Of a DNA stretch of 27,414 bases, positions 25,656 to 27,414 are shown in pieces; the first letter of the stretch is position 1; every line of letters starts with the position of its first letter. The stretch comes from a virus (Duplodnaviria > Caudoviricetes). Under the pieces are notes generated by a model, which ran no database searches, had not been told where the DNA came from, and worked only from the letters and a program-made list of their open reading frames with translations. The stretch spans positions 1 to 27,414 of IMG/VR virus record IMGVR_UViG_3300048854_000035; one strand, 5' to 3'. The translations under genes and the position numbers were made by a program.

Positions 25656-27414
25656 TGCGTAAGGTTTTGCTCGCAGTACTGATTCTTTTGCTGCCGTCGA
25701 TCGCACAAGCGTCCTGCCATGCGGTAAGTGTAGCCGGAGCGGGCTCGAAGGATGGCTCTAGCTGGTCGAACGCGATGCAGAAGCTTCCGACGGCGCCGGT
25801 GCGTGGCGACACGTATTACCTGGCTGACGGAAGCTATGGAACGTACACCCCAACCACAGCGACCTCTGGAACTACGCGCATCACGTTCAAGAAGGCGCAG
25901 GCCTACGACTATGGGCGCACGGCTGACGGATGCTCGAACGACATCTCGGGTGGTTGGAATGCCTCCACGATGGGCTCCTCTCAAGCGGTCTTCGCTGGTA
26001 CTGGCGGCACGGTCAGCACGACGGGTGGTCAGGGCTATTACACCTTCGATGGCAATGGAAGAACGTCGACGGCAGGATGTGGCGTGTCGCCAGCGGTCAA
26101 CGCGTCGGCTTCGGATTGCGGCATCAAGATCATGGCTTCGGGAACGAGCGCGACGACCTATGGCGTCTTGTGGATCAATTCCACCTACGACGTTGGTGTG
26201 ACGCGAGCCTCTGGATGGGTGGTGCGCTATGTAGAGCTCGTCGGTGCGGGAGATGCTGGGAACACTCTGACCAACTCCAACGAGCACACCCTGTACTGTC
26301 GCAACGGCTGCAACAACTTCCTCTTCGAGCACAACTACGCTCACGATAGCGCCTGCGACTTCATCGACACGCCTTATGGGGATGGCGTTATTTTCAATCT
26401 CAACCACTTCAATCAAAATGCTTCATCGGCGAACTGCCACGGTCAATTCTGGCTCGGCGATGGAAGCCAGATGGATAACTTCACCTTCTCGAATAATCTG
26501 ATTCAGGAGATTCAAGGGACGGGGTACTGGTCAGTCCTGAACGGGGGAGATGCGGCGAACTGGAACATCTTTAACAACTTCATCTTTCAGCTTCCCAGCT
26601 CGACGCGCCCCGGCGTCTCTTCAGGAACCTTTGTCGTCGCCAATTCGGGGAGCTCTGCAACTGGCATCAACCTCATCAACAACACCTGGGTAGGAGACAA
26701 GACCGACTATAGCAATCACTTCACCCCTTATTGTGACGGAACTTGCACCGGGATCTACACCGAACGAGGCAGTCTCTACTTCGGCATCATTGATAGTCAG
26801 GACCATGTCTCTCCTTCGCCCGTAGCTGGGCCTGGCGTCTTCCCGAATGCAGTCGAAAGTTACAACTCCGTCCTCAACTCGGGAACTGTAAATTTCGGCT
26901 ATACAGGCACAGGAGACATCAAGGCAACATCTCAAGCCAACCCTTTCGTCGACTCGTCGAACTACAACTTCAACCTCACCGGCAACGGGACGAACGTCAA
27001 CAGTTCGCTCGCCCTTGCTTCTCCCTTCAATGTGGATGCGGCTGGAATAACTCGCCCATCTAACGGCACATGGAACCGCGGCGCGCTGCAAACGGTCGTT
27101 CCAGGTTCATGGGGTCCGGGCGGGTTTGTCTATCGTCAGGTCGACACTCAAGACGGCCCTAATAACGACTACCCTCTACCCGTTCTCTCCGGCCAAGAAG
27201 TCAGTTATTGGGTTCAACCGATCTATGAGCAGCAGAACCTCGGAGCGTGGACCTCTGACGGCTCGCAAGTCACCTTCACTCTGCCAGCGAATACGACCGC
27301 GCAGGAGGAGGATATTGTTCGTCTTAGGAACCTTCCCGGCGCGGGTGCGATCTCGGCATGTCAGGTGTGGGCAAGAACGTCGAATACGATTACCTTCCTG
27401 ATTTCGCCGAGCCT
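25655..27414 (+). CDS. Right-handed beta-helix (pectin-lyase-like) spike/depolymerase-like protein with Sec signal peptide; 3'-partial, at least 586 aa (not in ORF track)
   Basis: TAATG coupling; MRKVLLAVLILLLPSIAQA|S; GAGSKDGSSWSNA...GDTYYLADGSY cap; coils NFLFEHNYAHD, NFTFSNNLIQE, NWNIFNNFIF, GINLINNTW; DAAGITRPSNGTWNRGA; frame open to the window end. Confidence 0.85.
   Translation, partial: MRKVLLAVLILLLPSIAQASCHAVSVAGAGSKDGSSWSNAMQKLPTAPVRGDTYYLADGSYGTYTPTTATSGTTRITFKKAQAYDYGRTADGCSNDISGGWNASTMGSSQAVFAGTGGTVSTTGGQGYYTFDGNGRTSTAGCGVSPAVNASASDCGIKIMASGTSATTYGVLWINSTYDVGVTRASGWVVRYVELVGAGDAGNTLTNSNEHTLYCRNGCNNFLFEHNYAHDSACDFIDTPYGDGVIFNLNHFNQNASSANCHGQFWLGDGSQMDNFTFSNNLIQEIQGTGYWSVLNGGDAANWNIFNNFIFQLPSSTRPGVSSGTFVVANSGSSATGINLINNTWVGDKTDYSNHFTPYCDGTCTGIYTERGSLYFGIIDSQDHVSPSPVAGPGVFPNAVESYNSVLNSGTVNFGYTGTGDIKATSQANPFVDSSNYNFNLTGNGTNVNSSLALASPFNVDAAGITRPSNGTWNRGALQTVVPGSWGPGGFVYRQVDTQDGPNNDYPLPVLSGQEVSYWVQPIYEQQNLGAWTSDGSQVTFTLPANTTAQEEDIVRLRNLPGAGAISACQVWARTSNTITFLISPS

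Noticed and set aside
25652-27401. Track ORFs at 25652, 25752, 25930, 26621 and 27126
   Set aside because: All are alternative-frame or antisense shadows of the uninterrupted + strand CDS starting at 25655.
1-27414. CRISPR array, diversity-generating retroelement, intron/intein, integrase or stop-codon recoding
   Set aside because: No spaced repeats, reverse transcriptase or TR/VR pair seen; TerL, portal and capsid are uninterrupted; TAA, TAG and TGA all end genes at tight junctions.

Overview
A collinear + strand late-gene (virion morphogenesis) module of a tailed phage or prophage with P22-like podovirus gene order. From the left: small membrane proteins and an HNH nuclease, small and large terminase, portal, scaffold, a ~300-nt structured non-coding spacer, major capsid, head-tail adaptor, a very large tail nozzle, a needle-position protein, a GNAT-like gp14/gp13-position protein, three ejection proteins, then three fibre/spike genes (the last is missing from the ORF track and runs off the window). 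The most unusual signal is that all four fibre/spike-like genes (11367, 21366, 24069, 25655) begin with classical Sec signal peptides and carry cysteines in sequential pairs, and two share a duplicated tailspike head-binding-like domain. This suggests virion appendages that are exported, disulfide-folded in the periplasm and added to particles at or after lysis (inference). Also notable: a stand-alone 77-aa paralogue of the capsid insertion domain, a structured capsid leader with a repeated hairpin, and an unannotated antisense 41-aa membrane peptide at the P22 sieA position. All product calls come from motifs and synteny read by eye; no searches were run and the host cannot be determined here.
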